NCBI GenBank assembly: GCA_010093745.1
Contig: MU005967.1
Span: 186,001-250,000, forward strand
From: Piedraia hortae CBS 480.64
Taxonomy: Eukaryota
Direction: 5' to 3'
DNA length: 64,000 nt
Part shown: piece after piece, positions 35,399-45,976 of the stretch
How the letters are laid out: the number at the start of each line of letters is the position of its first letter
Numbering within the stretch: the stretch's first letter is position 1
The notes under the pieces: generated by a model
What the model saw: the letters and a program-made list of their open reading frames with translations, nothing else
Told to the model about the DNA's origin: nothing
The model's database searches: none
Made by a program: the position numbers and the translations under genes

Positions 35399-35575
35399 AA
35401 GTGTTATTACGACCCCCGCACGCGTATTACCGATGGTTGCAATAATATTATAAGCAGACCAATGCTGAAGCCGTGTGGTTGTGCCCTTGAAGGCAACCGC
35501 TTCACGGTGCTAATTAACAGGACGATCAAGTCGATCTCGAAGTGCTCCTCGTGTAGGCGCAGTGGCTTTAGATAG
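35399..35575 (+). pseudogene. MC-microprotein type C, start-lost copy
   Basis: AAG instead of ATG after an A10 run, then CYYDPRTRITDGCNNIISRPMLKPCGCALEGNRFTVLINRTIKSISKCSSCRRSGFR*; colinear with the 34322 copy, two Cys lost. Confidence 0.75.
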
Positions 35576-35730
35576 ACCGTCCATAGGACGTTAACAGCGT
35601 AACTGACCGAAACAATCTCCCAGTCTCATGAAACTTTCATCGACTAGCCATGACCCATACCTTGTGCCAAACTCCCCCAATCACATCGTTGCCTACAGAA
35701 GTCATACCGCATCCCAATACCCACAAATCG

Positions 35731-36000
35731 TTACTCGCCAGACCCAAACGGCCATTCACCAGAGTAAACCTCATCCTCCTTCTTCTCCTTTATCTCCTCA
35801 AAACACTCGCAACAAATCCTCTTGTCCTGTTTCGTAACTTTAATCGTCCAAGTACACTTTGGTTCGCACAGTGGGTCCACATGTTCGTTGAAGGGACGGC
35901 ATTGCTTCGATCTATCGCTGGCGCGGAGGAGCTCCTTCTCGAGATCCTGTTTAAGATGCTTTTTGCAGCGCGGGCAGAAGAGGCGGTAGAAGTAGCACAT
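35731..36000 (-). CDS. Cys-rich MC-microprotein type A, copy A2 (89 aa)
   Basis: MCYFYRLFCPRCKKHLKQD...KQC...PKCTWTIKVTKQDKRICCEC; ungapped paralog of A1. Confidence 0.75.
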   Translation of the reverse strand: MCYFYRLFCPRCKKHLKQDLEKELLRASDRSKQCRPFNEHVDPLCEPKCTWTIKVTKQDKRICCECFEEIKEKKEDEVYSGEWPFGSGE

Positions 36001-36354
36001 CTTGCGTATGTCCGTGTGTGTATGTATGTGTAAAAATCTCAACAGCCACGCAAGTGTTACCCCAAAAAAGGCAAGTCACACAACGGACTGATTCTCCCAG
36101 GGCGGGCCGTGCATGCCAAGCGCCCCACTGATCAGCCCACACGATGACATTTCTACCGCTCTGGCCATGGCAGTTACGTTATTGTCCTAACCACCACCTC
36201 ATCATTCCATCAGATCCCAACGGGAAACCATCCCCGTCAAATGACAACAAGTAATATCCCAACATACTCGCCCGAGTCATATAAACCCACCCAATAAGCT
36301 TTTCCTTAGGGTTACCACCTCCAAAATTAGGATTCAAACCCATTCCATCCAACA

Positions 36355-37222
36355 ATGACGAACCCTTACTCAGCTCTGATACGTTCCTGCAACGACTCCC
36401 CAGTTCGTCCCTCTCCCCTTTACATCCAACCCAGGACCAACCAAGCGCTAGACTTCCCTAATCGCAACCTATTCAACCCACCGCACCAACCGCAACGCCT
36501 TCCAAGCAGAGCGACTCCTCTCCCCCTCCTTCTCCAGCTTCACCCTCGACCCCATCCTCGCGGGTCGGGAGCCGGATAGGAGACACTGTCTCGTCTTCTG
36601 GGCGCGGCCGTCCGATGAAGTCAGAGACCTCGTCGGGGAAGTCCAAACACGCCTCACTTCCGTCGCGCCAAGACTATGGGTTCCCGGGAGGGAGGCTCTG
36701 CATTTGACTGTTCTTGAGATGACGCATTCGAAGACGGAAGAGGAGATTGAGGAGAGGGTTGTGAAGATGAGGGATGGCGCGAAAGAAGTGGTGAGGTTCC
36801 CGTGCGAGAATAAGACGGGGTTGGTTAAGCCAATGCTGTGTTTTGATGCGCAGGCGCTTGCGCTGTCGTTTTTGCCGGAGGAGGATGGGGGAAGGGGATA
36901 CACTTATCATCATTTGAGGAGGGATGTGTACGATCTTGCGGTGAAGACGGGGGTGGAGGTCGAGAGTAGATATGTTGTTCCGTCGGCGCATGTTACGCTG
37001 GGAAGGTTTGTGGATGAGGCGGATTTTGAGACGGAGGGGAAACTGGATGGGGGGAAGGTGGGGTGTTTCGTGGAGGAGATCGAGAGGGTTAATGAATGGT
37101 TGAAAAGGGAGTTTTGGGAGGGAAGGAATGCGATGAGGTGGGTGGTTGGTGATGATGGGCCGATGGAGCTTAGGAGAGGTACGGTTTGGTATGGTGGTGG
37201 GGAAACGGTCTCGTTGGACTGA
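36355..37222 (+). CDS. 2H phosphoesterase (LigT / cyclic phosphodiesterase-like), intron 36403-36451
   Basis: Two HxT motifs (LHLTV, AHVTL); CLVFWARP; splice restores the frame. Confidence 0.8.
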
Positions 37223-37268
37223 AATCGAGAGGATGCTTCATTTACTACACATTACAAACAGGACTACA

Positions 37269-38060
37269 TCAACTGTCGCTCTCTTTAAGGGCATCCTTTG
37301 CCTCTTGTCTTAACCTCTTCTTCTCCAACAGATCATTCAATTTCTTCGCCCCAACATTGCTGAACGTCCCCCCGGTATCTGCTCCACAATTCGCACATTG
37401 CTTAGTCTTCTCCCTCGCGTATCTCGTCATGGCGCACTTTTCGCAGAAATAATGCCCACACTTTGTCATTATTGGCTTCTTGTAGTCGTCTTTACAGATG
37501 ATGCACTTGAACGGGATATTCTCCAGTAGCTTTTCCTCTTCAGTCTTTTCTTGATCCCTGCTATCAGCAGTTTTATTCGCCTCCCCAATCTCCCATTCGC
37601 GATCCAGCTGCCAGCCCTGTTTGTAGTCCTCGCGGGCGTGGAGAAATTTGCAAGTGTCACCGAACCCGCAGAAGCCGGTGAGCTTGTAGTCCTTGCACAC
37701 GTCGGGAGCAAAGTCTATGAGAGTCATGACCCGGACGTTACCAGCCGCTTTCTTGGGTCCCATTTTTCTGCCTGATGGATCCGCGCCCTCGGCGTTCCAG
37801 TGCTGGACCTTTGTTGATTCCTCGTTCAATGCTAAGGTCGTGCTACGGTCGGCGGAAAATGTGCTCGCCCGCTTCTCGACGTCTTTAATGTGCGACTCTT
37901 GTTCATTGAGAGCGTGTATTCCAACCTTCTTTGGCCTTTTGACTCGGACTGCTTGGTCAACGTCGGAGGAACTGGAGGGAGACATCGGTGGTGTTGCTGC
38001 GCGCTTGCGCACATTCTTGCCTGCTCCGCGCTTCTTAAATACTGGTGCACTGTCAGCCAT
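37269..38060 (-). CDS. CWC24: Pre-mRNA splicing factor Cwc24 (CCCH + RING)
   Basis: DVCKDYKLTGFCGFGDTCKFLHAREDY and CIIC...CGHYFCEKC...CANC. Confidence 0.95.
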   Translation of the reverse strand: MADSAPVFKKRGAGKNVRKRAATPPMSPSSSSDVDQAVRVKRPKKVGIHALNEQESHIKDVEKRASTFSADRSTTLALNEESTKVQHWNAEGADPSGRKMGPKKAAGNVRVMTLIDFAPDVCKDYKLTGFCGFGDTCKFLHAREDYKQGWQLDREWEIGEANKTADSRDQEKTEEEKLLENIPFKCIICKDDYKKPIMTKCGHYFCEKCAMTRYAREKTKQCANCGADTGGTFSNVGAKKLNDLLEKKRLRQEAKDALKESDS

Positions 38061-38664
38061 TGCAGTCAATAATAGGGTATGTTCTGTGGAAGAGGTGAAG
38101 TGAAATGACGTCAGCTTTGACCTTTTTGGAGCTGTCATGTCCCAATTAGGAATAGTCCTGGCGGAAGTCCCGTCTTGGCGAATGAACTCGCATGATTCGT
38201 TTGTGAAGGGTTCGAGTGAATCTAATTAGTAGGCTCACTGGCATTTCAGATACAGATAGGATAAGGATAAACTGTTTTGGAATGCTCCTCGAAAAATCAT
38301 CAACAGCCCAGCAGATGAGAACATGTCAGACGCTTGCCTTAGGTAGATAGAACACCGGACTCTCCAGGGGTTTTACCCCATGGGGGATGTTTGCCCTGGA
38401 GCGTAGTTACGCCAAAAGACGTTGTCACGGCGAATGTGGTTCGGGACGGGAAGAGAGTCTAGAGCAGTCTTGCGGTTGCGGGCCTTCTCTTGACCTCAGA
38501 TCAATTCCATAGTGAGGTATCACACACACTGTCTACTGCGTCACCATTCACCATTCACCGATATCGAATTGATGTGAGTAGATCCCTCCCTCCTTCCGAT
38601 AGAACAGAAAACTTTGCACAACTGAACTGTGAATTTTCATGTTGTATAAGCTTCTCAACACTAG

Positions 38665-40686
38665 TCAAAAGATAGGACCCCACTGATACAGAGGAACAGC
38701 ATATGCGTACCCATCATCAGTAGTCTGCGTCGCAAACTCGCCCATGGCAGGCAGATCAAGCCAGCTGAAGGAATTGATACCCATATCAGCCGTCGTTCTC
38801 GATTCCATTTCCCTTTGTACGTTCGTCGAGACGGTCGAAACATCGCTGGACGCTTTCTGCCACAAGAGGCAAATGAGGCGGGAATATCTGTCGCCGATGT
38901 CGTTAGGGCAAGCGCTGGCAAGGTGAAGTGCATTAGCTGTCTCCGTGATCAGTGTTTTAACAACCGTATCATCCTCGCCCATGACCCCAGTAGCTCGGGC
39001 TTTGAAGAGAAAACATGCGCTATAGATGACATAAAGGTAAAAGCGCAGAGGCATGTAGCGGAATGTCTTTAGCGGGTCGACTTGGGTGGTGAACATTTCC
39101 AATAGAGACCTAGCAGCGTCAATCGAGTCGTAGATGAAGCGTGCATCTGGCGTGGCAGCAACATCTGCGAAAGGATAAGGTGCTGGAAACCTTGAGGCAT
39201 TGTCACCGACAGCCTTTTGACTTGACAGTCGATTCAGCGTGGCTTGATAGGCAAAGGCATTGACGTAAAGACGCAGGTATTCGTAGCTGAGGAGTAGGCT
39301 GGCTCTGATAGGCGGAGAGCAGCGGAAGTTTTTCCATATTCGATGCCAAGACCGTAGAGCCACGCAGAAATCGTCAATGTACTTGACATACTCCCCGCCC
39401 TCATTTAACTGGTTTGCTCTTGATTTTGTCGCATACAACACATCATGCGCGTTGCTAAACAGCTGCGTCAACTCGAGATTCGCTTGGAATACGGCTGCAA
39501 GGTCATCGTCGCATCCCGGTCGTGGACGCAGGCCCGGGAAGTCTTGTGCCTGCAGAGCCGTCATGGGACCCGGTCCTCGTGACCAAAATGCTTTGCCGAT
39601 ACGAACAGATATCTGTCGATCGTTCATGTAGCAAGCTGCCCAGGCCAAACGCTTGCGATCGAGATCCGCTGTAGCCATTTCTTCGTCACGAAACCCTGAT
39701 CGATCGATGCCTAACAGATACCCTAGTCGAATCGCAATGCCAACATACATCCAAGCCGCTTGATCTTCTTCGCCTCGACCAACGCTTGCTGCATTCTTAT
39801 GCGCTTGTCGCGGCACCCACTCGGCCAATATCAGCATCGCTTCAACCGCCTCAAGCTGTCCATTGCCAGTAAATACCAGCTCCGAAATTAAAGACTGCAT
39901 ATGTGCCGAACATATTCGGTGTACTTCAAACCAGCTGCTCTCGTCTTTGGATGCTACCGTTAAGATGGCGGTCAGTAAATGGGGTTCCTCTATTGCATAA
40001 ACAGGTAGATTTGACCATTCGAATATGGAGGGATTTGCCAAGGGAAAGAATTTGTGATACTTTTCCCCGTATCGGCTTAGTAGTTGCTGCATCATCTCCA
40101 GACTGATTAGTCCTCGTGTTAAAGGCAGAAAGTCGACGACATTGCTATCCAATGGCTTGCGGTGTAATTTCGACGACGTTGTTTGATCCGGAGAAGCCGT
40201 GATTGAGTGATTGTCTGCATTGCGCTCCGCAACGTCAGCCGGAAAAGCTAAAGCATCGGCTGGGTTCTGTAGGTCAGTTGACGCAACAGAGACCTCGACG
40301 GTCGTCTTGGAGTCATATGACGAGACCTGCGTGGGTGGAGCGCTCTGAAACTGCTGTGCTGGAGACGACGTCGCCACGGGACCTGCCTTTTGACTCGCCT
40401 CTGATCTTTTGATTCGCTTTCCGCCCCGTCGTGATCCACCGAGGATGCACTCGTGCTGTTCGCGAATGCACCTCTCGCACGGTGGACGGCCTGGCTCACC
40501 GCTACTATATCTAGAAACGTTAGCGGAGGATTTCAAAAGCCAAAAAGTAACTGACAGGTCGCACCGTGACTTTCGCTGCCTGCAGTGTAAACATGCGCGG
40601 TAGGTCCGCTTGTCGCGCTCATTTTTGGCTTTTCGCAGTTCTAGCGGGGGGTTTTCACCCATACCAAATCGCGTTGGTGTATCCAT
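38665..40686 (-). CDS. Zn(II)2Cys6 transcription factor with fungal TF middle domain; in-frame 45-nt intron 40511-40555
   Basis: RACLHCRQRKSRC...PCERCIREQHEC; AWMYVGIAIRLGYLLG. Confidence 0.9.
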   Translation of the reverse strand: MDTPTRFGMGENPPLELRKAKNERDKRTYRACLHCRQRKSRCDLSVTFWLLKSSANVSRYSSGEPGRPPCERCIREQHECILGGSRRGGKRIKRSEASQKAGPVATSSPAQQFQSAPPTQVSSYDSKTTVEVSVASTDLQNPADALAFPADVAERNADNHSITASPDQTTSSKLHRKPLDSNVVDFLPLTRGLISLEMMQQLLSRYGEKYHKFFPLANPSIFEWSNLPVYAIEEPHLLTAILTVASKDESSWFEVHRICSAHMQSLISELVFTGNGQLEAVEAMLILAEWVPRQAHKNAASVGRGEEDQAAWMYVGIAIRLGYLLGIDRSGFRDEEMATADLDRKRLAWAACYMNDRQISVRIGKAFWSRGPGPMTALQAQDFPGLRPRPGCDDDLAAVFQANLELTQLFSNAHDVLYATKSRANQLNEGGEYVKYIDDFCVALRSWHRIWKNFRCSPPIRASLLLSYEYLRLYVNAFAYQATLNRLSSQKAVGDNASRFPAPYPFADVAATPDARFIYDSIDAARSLLEMFTTQVDPLKTFRYMPLRFYLYVIYSACFLFKARATGVMGEDDTVVKTLITETANALHLASACPNDIGDRYSRLICLLWQKASSDVSTVSTNVQREMESRTTADMGINSFSWLDLPAMGEFATQTTDDGYAYAVPLYQWGPIF

Positions 40687-40838
40687 GGCGGTCCTCTGCC
40701 GCTTGGCGACGGACAACGCATGCGGTTGCTCATGACATGATACCAGGTCTGTTAGCCGTTGGCGTTAACCTGGGATACGAGTCATGTGAGTTTGCATTTC
40801 CCCATGGGGTAGCGGGTGGAGGTGGCGTCGACAGGGGT

Positions 40839-42290
40839 TCACGCCAAGAAGTCGCTGGCTGCCTTGACCACGCCAAGCCCGCTTGCGTGGCTCTCTACCG
40901 TACGTCCGCGGCCGCCGTCGTTTGCATCTCTTCTGTGAATTGTACGGCAGTTTTGACAGATCCAAGGCGGCTCATGGAGGATTTGTGGGTTGTTCCTGTA
41001 ATCATCACTGTTACGTGGCAGTTGTGCGGCACCCTGCAATGATTGTGAAAGGAACGTATTGCCGTCATCCGCCCCCCACCAGCCCCCAATTATCCCTGTT
41101 TTATTTCGCGTAGACAAGGCAGCTTGGGTGTTGTGCTGAATCCACGACGTCATACTGGAGCAGTTGCCCGCATGCGAAGCAGCCAAGGAGGACGACGCGA
41201 GCTTTGTCAACCCAGGAACCAAAGCTGTAGTTGTTGGCAATGGCTCACAAAATTGGCCAAGATGGTGAAAGTAGATTCCCTTGAAGGTCTGTGCGTCTTG
41301 CGAGCAATTCAACGCTGCATCACAGTAATCTTCCATGATCCCGTTGCGGCCTAACCCAGCCCATTGACCCTGGACACCGGACCAGCCTGTTGCTCGAATC
41401 ACGGTTTGCACCAGCGCATGGCCGTCAGCGAGATAGCTCTCGTCTCCGGTCGCTTCCCAGAGCCCACGCAAAGCTGAGAGGATAACTCCTTGGTTGTAAG
41501 TGTAGACCATCTCGTTGGGTTTGTTGCAAGTAGTTTGATTGTCTGAGATATGAAATCCGTCGATTATGAGACCCTGCGTATTGACAAAGTTTTGCGCTTT
41601 GAACCACTCATACCCCTTTTGGGCATTCTCCAGCAGTGACGAGTCATGGGCCGCAAGGCTTGACAATACCGGCAAGGTCGCGTTGGTGATATTTTGGTAG
41701 TTTGTGGCCGGATAGGGGTCTGAATTCTGGTCGCCAGGAAAATACAGGTACATTGAGATAGAACTGGCCATGAATAGTTCATTGGTAATTGCGTTTTTAT
41801 ATGTAGCAAGAGCTGGGTTCCATGTCAGCCCGCCATTGCATAACGAAGTATTGAATTTGTCTTGGACGACATGATAGAAAATATGGGCTCGATGGGCGTA
41901 ACGAGAGAGGTCAGCCTCAGGATCGTAGCGGCGTAGAAACTTGATTACCTCAAGCCACTCTAGCACCACCCACTGTACATCGTCGTACGCAGCTCCAAAG
42001 ATTTGAATGACATCTTCGCTGTTAAAGTAAGTTTCGATTTGGCGCTTGTACTTAAGAACATCGTCGTTGGCATTGTCTGGGGAAGCTAACAACGAAATAT
42101 CCGAAGCGGCCAGAAGGGTGTCAATAAAGGCTCCTGTCCACTGGATGGCCGAGGGCCAGTGCGTTCCGTTCCAAAATGTACCTTGCATTGTGCCCAGGGT
42201 GGATCGAAACTCGTCAAACGATTCGCTTCTGTTCGCGGCCAACGTGCAGCCAATGCCATTGAGTACTAAAAGATATCTGTAAAAGAACAT
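40839..42290 (-). CDS. Glycoside hydrolase family 76 (alpha-1,6-mannanase-like), secreted
   Basis: AYDDVQW catalytic DD, CNGGLTW, YKNAITNELF, TYNQG and FKGI; signal peptide from ATG 42290. Confidence 0.9.
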   Translation of the reverse strand: MFFYRYLLVLNGIGCTLAANRSESFDEFRSTLGTMQGTFWNGTHWPSAIQWTGAFIDTLLAASDISLLASPDNANDDVLKYKRQIETYFNSEDVIQIFGAAYDDVQWVVLEWLEVIKFLRRYDPEADLSRYAHRAHIFYHVVQDKFNTSLCNGGLTWNPALATYKNAITNELFMASSISMYLYFPGDQNSDPYPATNYQNITNATLPVLSSLAAHDSSLLENAQKGYEWFKAQNFVNTQGLIIDGFHISDNQTTCNKPNEMVYTYNQGVILSALRGLWEATGDESYLADGHALVQTVIRATGWSGVQGQWAGLGRNGIMEDYCDAALNCSQDAQTFKGIYFHHLGQFCEPLPTTTALVPGLTKLASSSLAASHAGNCSSMTSWIQHNTQAALSTRNKTGIIGGWWGADDGNTFLSQSLQGAAQLPRNSDDYRNNPQILHEPPWICQNCRTIHRRDANDGGRGRTVESHASGLGVVKAASDFLA

Positions 42291-42727
42291 GTTGCAGATG
42301 ACGAGAACAATGATGATGGATACGAGGAGCTTGCTGGGCACGAAGCCCCTATTTGAGTGCTTCATCTCACCTCCGCAACCAGGAGCCATGTTCATATTAC
42401 ATGCCCTAGTACGCCTATAGTTAGCCAGGCTGCATCACGAGAACGAAATTTCCGATTTGCTGCTCTTTGATGGCCTTTTGCCAAGGAAATTATCTGGTTT
42501 CCCATCATCTGGGGGTTGACTTAACAACGACTCGGCGCTAGCGGACAGCCACTCTGTGGAGACTCTGGTGTCGCCGCCACTCAACACGTGTCGTGTTGAG
42601 CGTCGCGTTGAGTGGCTGAAAGCGGTTTCGGAACGAAGTGGGACTTGGTTGCTCCGTCGATGCCATGGCTACGACTGCTGGCTGTTATGTATTTCTTCCA
42701 ATCTGACATAACTTGATCAACGCCTAT

Positions 42728-43441
42728 ATGGATCCGCCTCGTGCAGCACAGCCTTCAATAGCCGTCTGCGACGTCTTCAATAGCTCGAACACAGGACATC
42801 AAGTTGCAGATCGATCCATGGGAAACACAACATGGTGGCGCGACTCACGAAACGTCAAACTCAACAACCAATTCCGCGGTACCCGTGAAAATGAGAAGCA
42901 GGACCGACAGAAGGCCATTTTTGAGTGCTTAGCTCAAGATGAACAACGAGCAGCAAAGCGCGTCAAGACAGACGATCACCAGCCAAAAACTGCAGAGGCT
43001 CCGATAACAACTGAATGTCAAGTTTTCTCCAATCTGGTTTTTTACGTTAACGGATCTACGGCACCGGTAGTTTCCGATTTCATGATAAAACAGATCATCA
43101 GCAAGCACGGAGGCCGCGTGTGCGTTTTCCTAGGTCGAAGACAAGTCACACATGTTATCATTGGGAAGTCTGCAGGCGGTGGGCTTTCGGGACGAAAGGT
43201 CCAGATGGAAATTGACAAAAGACGTGGAAAGCAGGTACATTTTGTTACGGCAGAGTGGGTGATGGACAGCGCCAAGGCTGGCAAACGACTACCTGAATCG
43301 AGATATCAAGCGGTCAGATTGGCGTCGTGCAGGACCAACCGCATCTCGGACGCATTTAAGCCGACAAAGGCCTCAGCTACAATTGGGCCAACGAGCCACG
43401 AGGAGAAAATTACTGGTTCCCAAGCAGGAGCGTCCGGTTGA
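42728..43441 (+). CDS. BRCT-domain protein (Rev1-like BRCT)
   Basis: FSNLVFYVNG, HGG, VTHVII and VTAEWVMDS..AGKRLPESRY. Confidence 0.85.
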   Translation: MDPPRAAQPSIAVCDVFNSSNTGHQVADRSMGNTTWWRDSRNVKLNNQFRGTRENEKQDRQKAIFECLAQDEQRAAKRVKTDDHQPKTAEAPITTECQVFSNLVFYVNGSTAPVVSDFMIKQIISKHGGRVCVFLGRRQVTHVIIGKSAGGGLSGRKVQMEIDKRRGKQVHFVTAEWVMDSAKAGKRLPESRYQAVRLASCRTNRISDAFKPTKASATIGPTSHEEKITGSQAGASG

Positions 43442-43612
43442 TTGGCGTGCATTAGGTTGGACCCTTTTATATGGTTTCACATGGTTGAACATCCAAAGGG
43501 GAGACGTTTTACATGTGAACACCACGTGGGGTCACAGAGGTGGCGAATCCTCCTTTGAATATTTTTCCGTCAACCTTTTCCCATCAACACTCTCTCATTC
43601 TCTCCAACCATC

Positions 43613-44206
43613 ATGGGATCTCAGCCTACTCAGTCCAAATTCCTCTCCCACGCTACAAGCCTCCCAGTAGTCCAGGAGAGCATTGAGATCTTCAAACAGA
43701 ACCCGTATGGCCAGAGGACGCTGGCGCTCGCTGATGGTGTGTGGCAAAAGTTCGTCCGGCCTGTAGAGGGTTATCTCTACGGTCCTTACAGCTATGTACG
43801 ACCCTATGTTAGCATGGCAGATGAGTATGCCGATGCAGGACTGGGCAAAGTTGAGAACCGCTTTCCCATTGTCAAGGAAGACACAAATACCATCATGCAA
43901 CAGGCCAAAGGCGCAGCTACCTGGCCTTACTCCTATGTCGCCTCCACTTGGAACGGTAGGCCCGTGTAATCTGCGGTTTGAACGTGCTTGCTGACATTAG
44001 TAGATGAGTACGAGAAAACTGCAAGCTATAAATCCCGCGGCCCCGGGATTACAACCACAGCCCTAGCAGTCATGTCTACAGAGCTCAAGATCGCGGCTGA
44101 TATGTTTCACCTGGTAAATGGATGGCTGACTTCCAAAGTTGATGAGGCCAAGCAAAATCCTAAAGAAGGGGGAAAGCGAAGGAAGAAGCGTTCCGAGCAA
44201 CAGTAA
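43613..44206 (+). CDS. Perilipin-like lipid-droplet protein (CAP20/MPL1 family), intron 43956-44003
   Basis: SKFLSHATSLPVV, PYSYVRPYV..AD.YAD.GL.KVE.RFPIVKEDT. Confidence 0.8.
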
Positions 44207-44420
44207 AAAGCGTTTGTTACAAAGCAGCGATAATTTCGTACAGTATGGTTAATTGGGAGAAGAAAGGGATTTGTAATATCAATGCAGACTGGCCACCTTC
44301 CATCAATCGGACCACATGGTGGGAGCAATCTGACACTTGAAATCCAGATGCACGTTATGAAGCAAGGAAGCTGACACACAACGACAGAATAGTTTACAGC
44401 AATGAGGAATTAATGACAAC

Positions 44421-45740
44421 CTACTCTAACATACTCGCCTGTGTTTGGTACAAGACGTCGACGACGTTGTTCAGCTTCTCAATCGTATCTAGGGCGGCAT
44501 CGTAGCCCCGATCACGCTCGCTCTCGTCATAAATGACAAGCACACCGGCGCCCTGATCCAGAACTCCAACAATAACCCGATCGAGGATCATCTGACTCAG
44601 CTTGCGCTCCACCTGCGGGGCATCTAGGCCGACGATACTCGCCACGTGCGAGATCTCCACACGGCTAAAGGGCTCAATCACCTTGATCAGGTTCTGCTCC
44701 AGCATGCTGTCGTAGAGATGCTGCAGATGACTGGCAACAAAGCGGTCACGACCGAGCTCCTGCCGGTAGGCGTGCAATGCGCCTTCGTATTCGTCCAAAC
44801 TGCGATGGGCGTGTGCCTGGGCCACCGCCTTCATCGCATCTAGATTGGGACCTGCATAGCGCACGGCGTGCTTTGACGCCAGCAGCTGATCAACTTCATC
44901 TTTTGAGTTGACCATGATTTTGCACAGCAGCATGTACTGCAGTGCCGAAGTTGCTTTCTCCGTTTCGTCCTGTGAGTGATAGCCCTCCATGGCTTCAATG
45001 AAGTATGAATACGCCGTGTTGAAGTCGCCGTCTTCGGCATGCAGCTGACCCGACTGCATGTCCAGTCCAGCCTGTAGCAGCGGCGGACAGTAGACAGAGG
45101 CGGCCGATGTGCGCGCCGACGTCAGTGCCGCCCGTCCCTTGGCCATGTTGCCCAGAGCATGGTACACTCTACTCTCCAGCAACTGCACCTCAACCAGCAC
45201 AAGCTTATCATCTAGCCGTTTTAGCTCTTTCAGCAGGCGATTTATGAGCGTCAGGGCATCGTAGTATGATTGCTTCTGCATGTAAAGGCCCACTAACCGC
45301 ACCTCGAGGTTCTGTCGGAGGAAGCCCTGGCGCTGGGCCACGGCCCAGTCGATACAAGACTGAGTGACCTTGATCTGAGCGTCCAGACTTTCCGGGATCT
45401 CAGAAAAGAGGTCAAGAAGCTGCCGGACTGTGCGCATTAGTTAGTCGTTCTCGAGCAAAACAATCAGAAACATACTGAGCTTTGCTGCTTTGGCTCGTGC
45501 AAAGCTGGGCAACATCTCCCTTGTCTGTTGGATGAGGGTCGTCAGATCCTCCACCCGTTTCCCATCAAGATACAGTTGGCCAAGGTCCATCAGTGCCTCT
45601 TCCCACTCGCGCACCGACCGGTCATTGGCGCCTGGCGGTTTTGACAGAATCTCCTTGTACTCCTCCTCCGACTTCGCTAGCTGTCCTTTGGACTGCTTTT
45701 TGGCCGCATCCTTGCGCCGTACGGTCTGGTCTTGAGCCAT
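44421..45740 (-). CDS. RPN6: 26S proteasome lid subunit Rpn6, intron 45428-45475
   Basis: LKRLDDKLVLVEVQLLES, LTSARTSA, PCI domain IEPFSRVEI...VERKLSQMILD. Confidence 0.96.
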
Positions 45741-45909
45741 GTCTCTTCGGAAGGAGCGGTTATGCGCTGCTTGGTCGACAGAAGTCCAGAAGTCCAGCAG
45801 AGCTGAAGTCACAAATCATCGGCGCAAGTTGTCCGGTCCGGTCCGTCCCACGTTTAGTGCCTGAGTGCCTGATTTAAGCCAATCGGATTGCTTTGACAGG
45901 GAAGTTCCC

Positions 45910-45930
45910 CACACACACACACACACACAC
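45910..45930. repeat. (CA)10 microsatellite in the RPN6/SOF1 divergent promoter
   Basis: Visible cacacaca run. Confidence 0.9.
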
Positions 45931-45976
45931 GCACAGTGAACTTTTCGAAAACGTGAGAAATTCGCCGCTCCCAGTC

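Noticed and set aside
31769..36000. Inverted arms as transposon terminal inverted repeats
   Set aside because: The arms are diverged genes plus spacer; no transposase, sharp termini or target-site duplication seen
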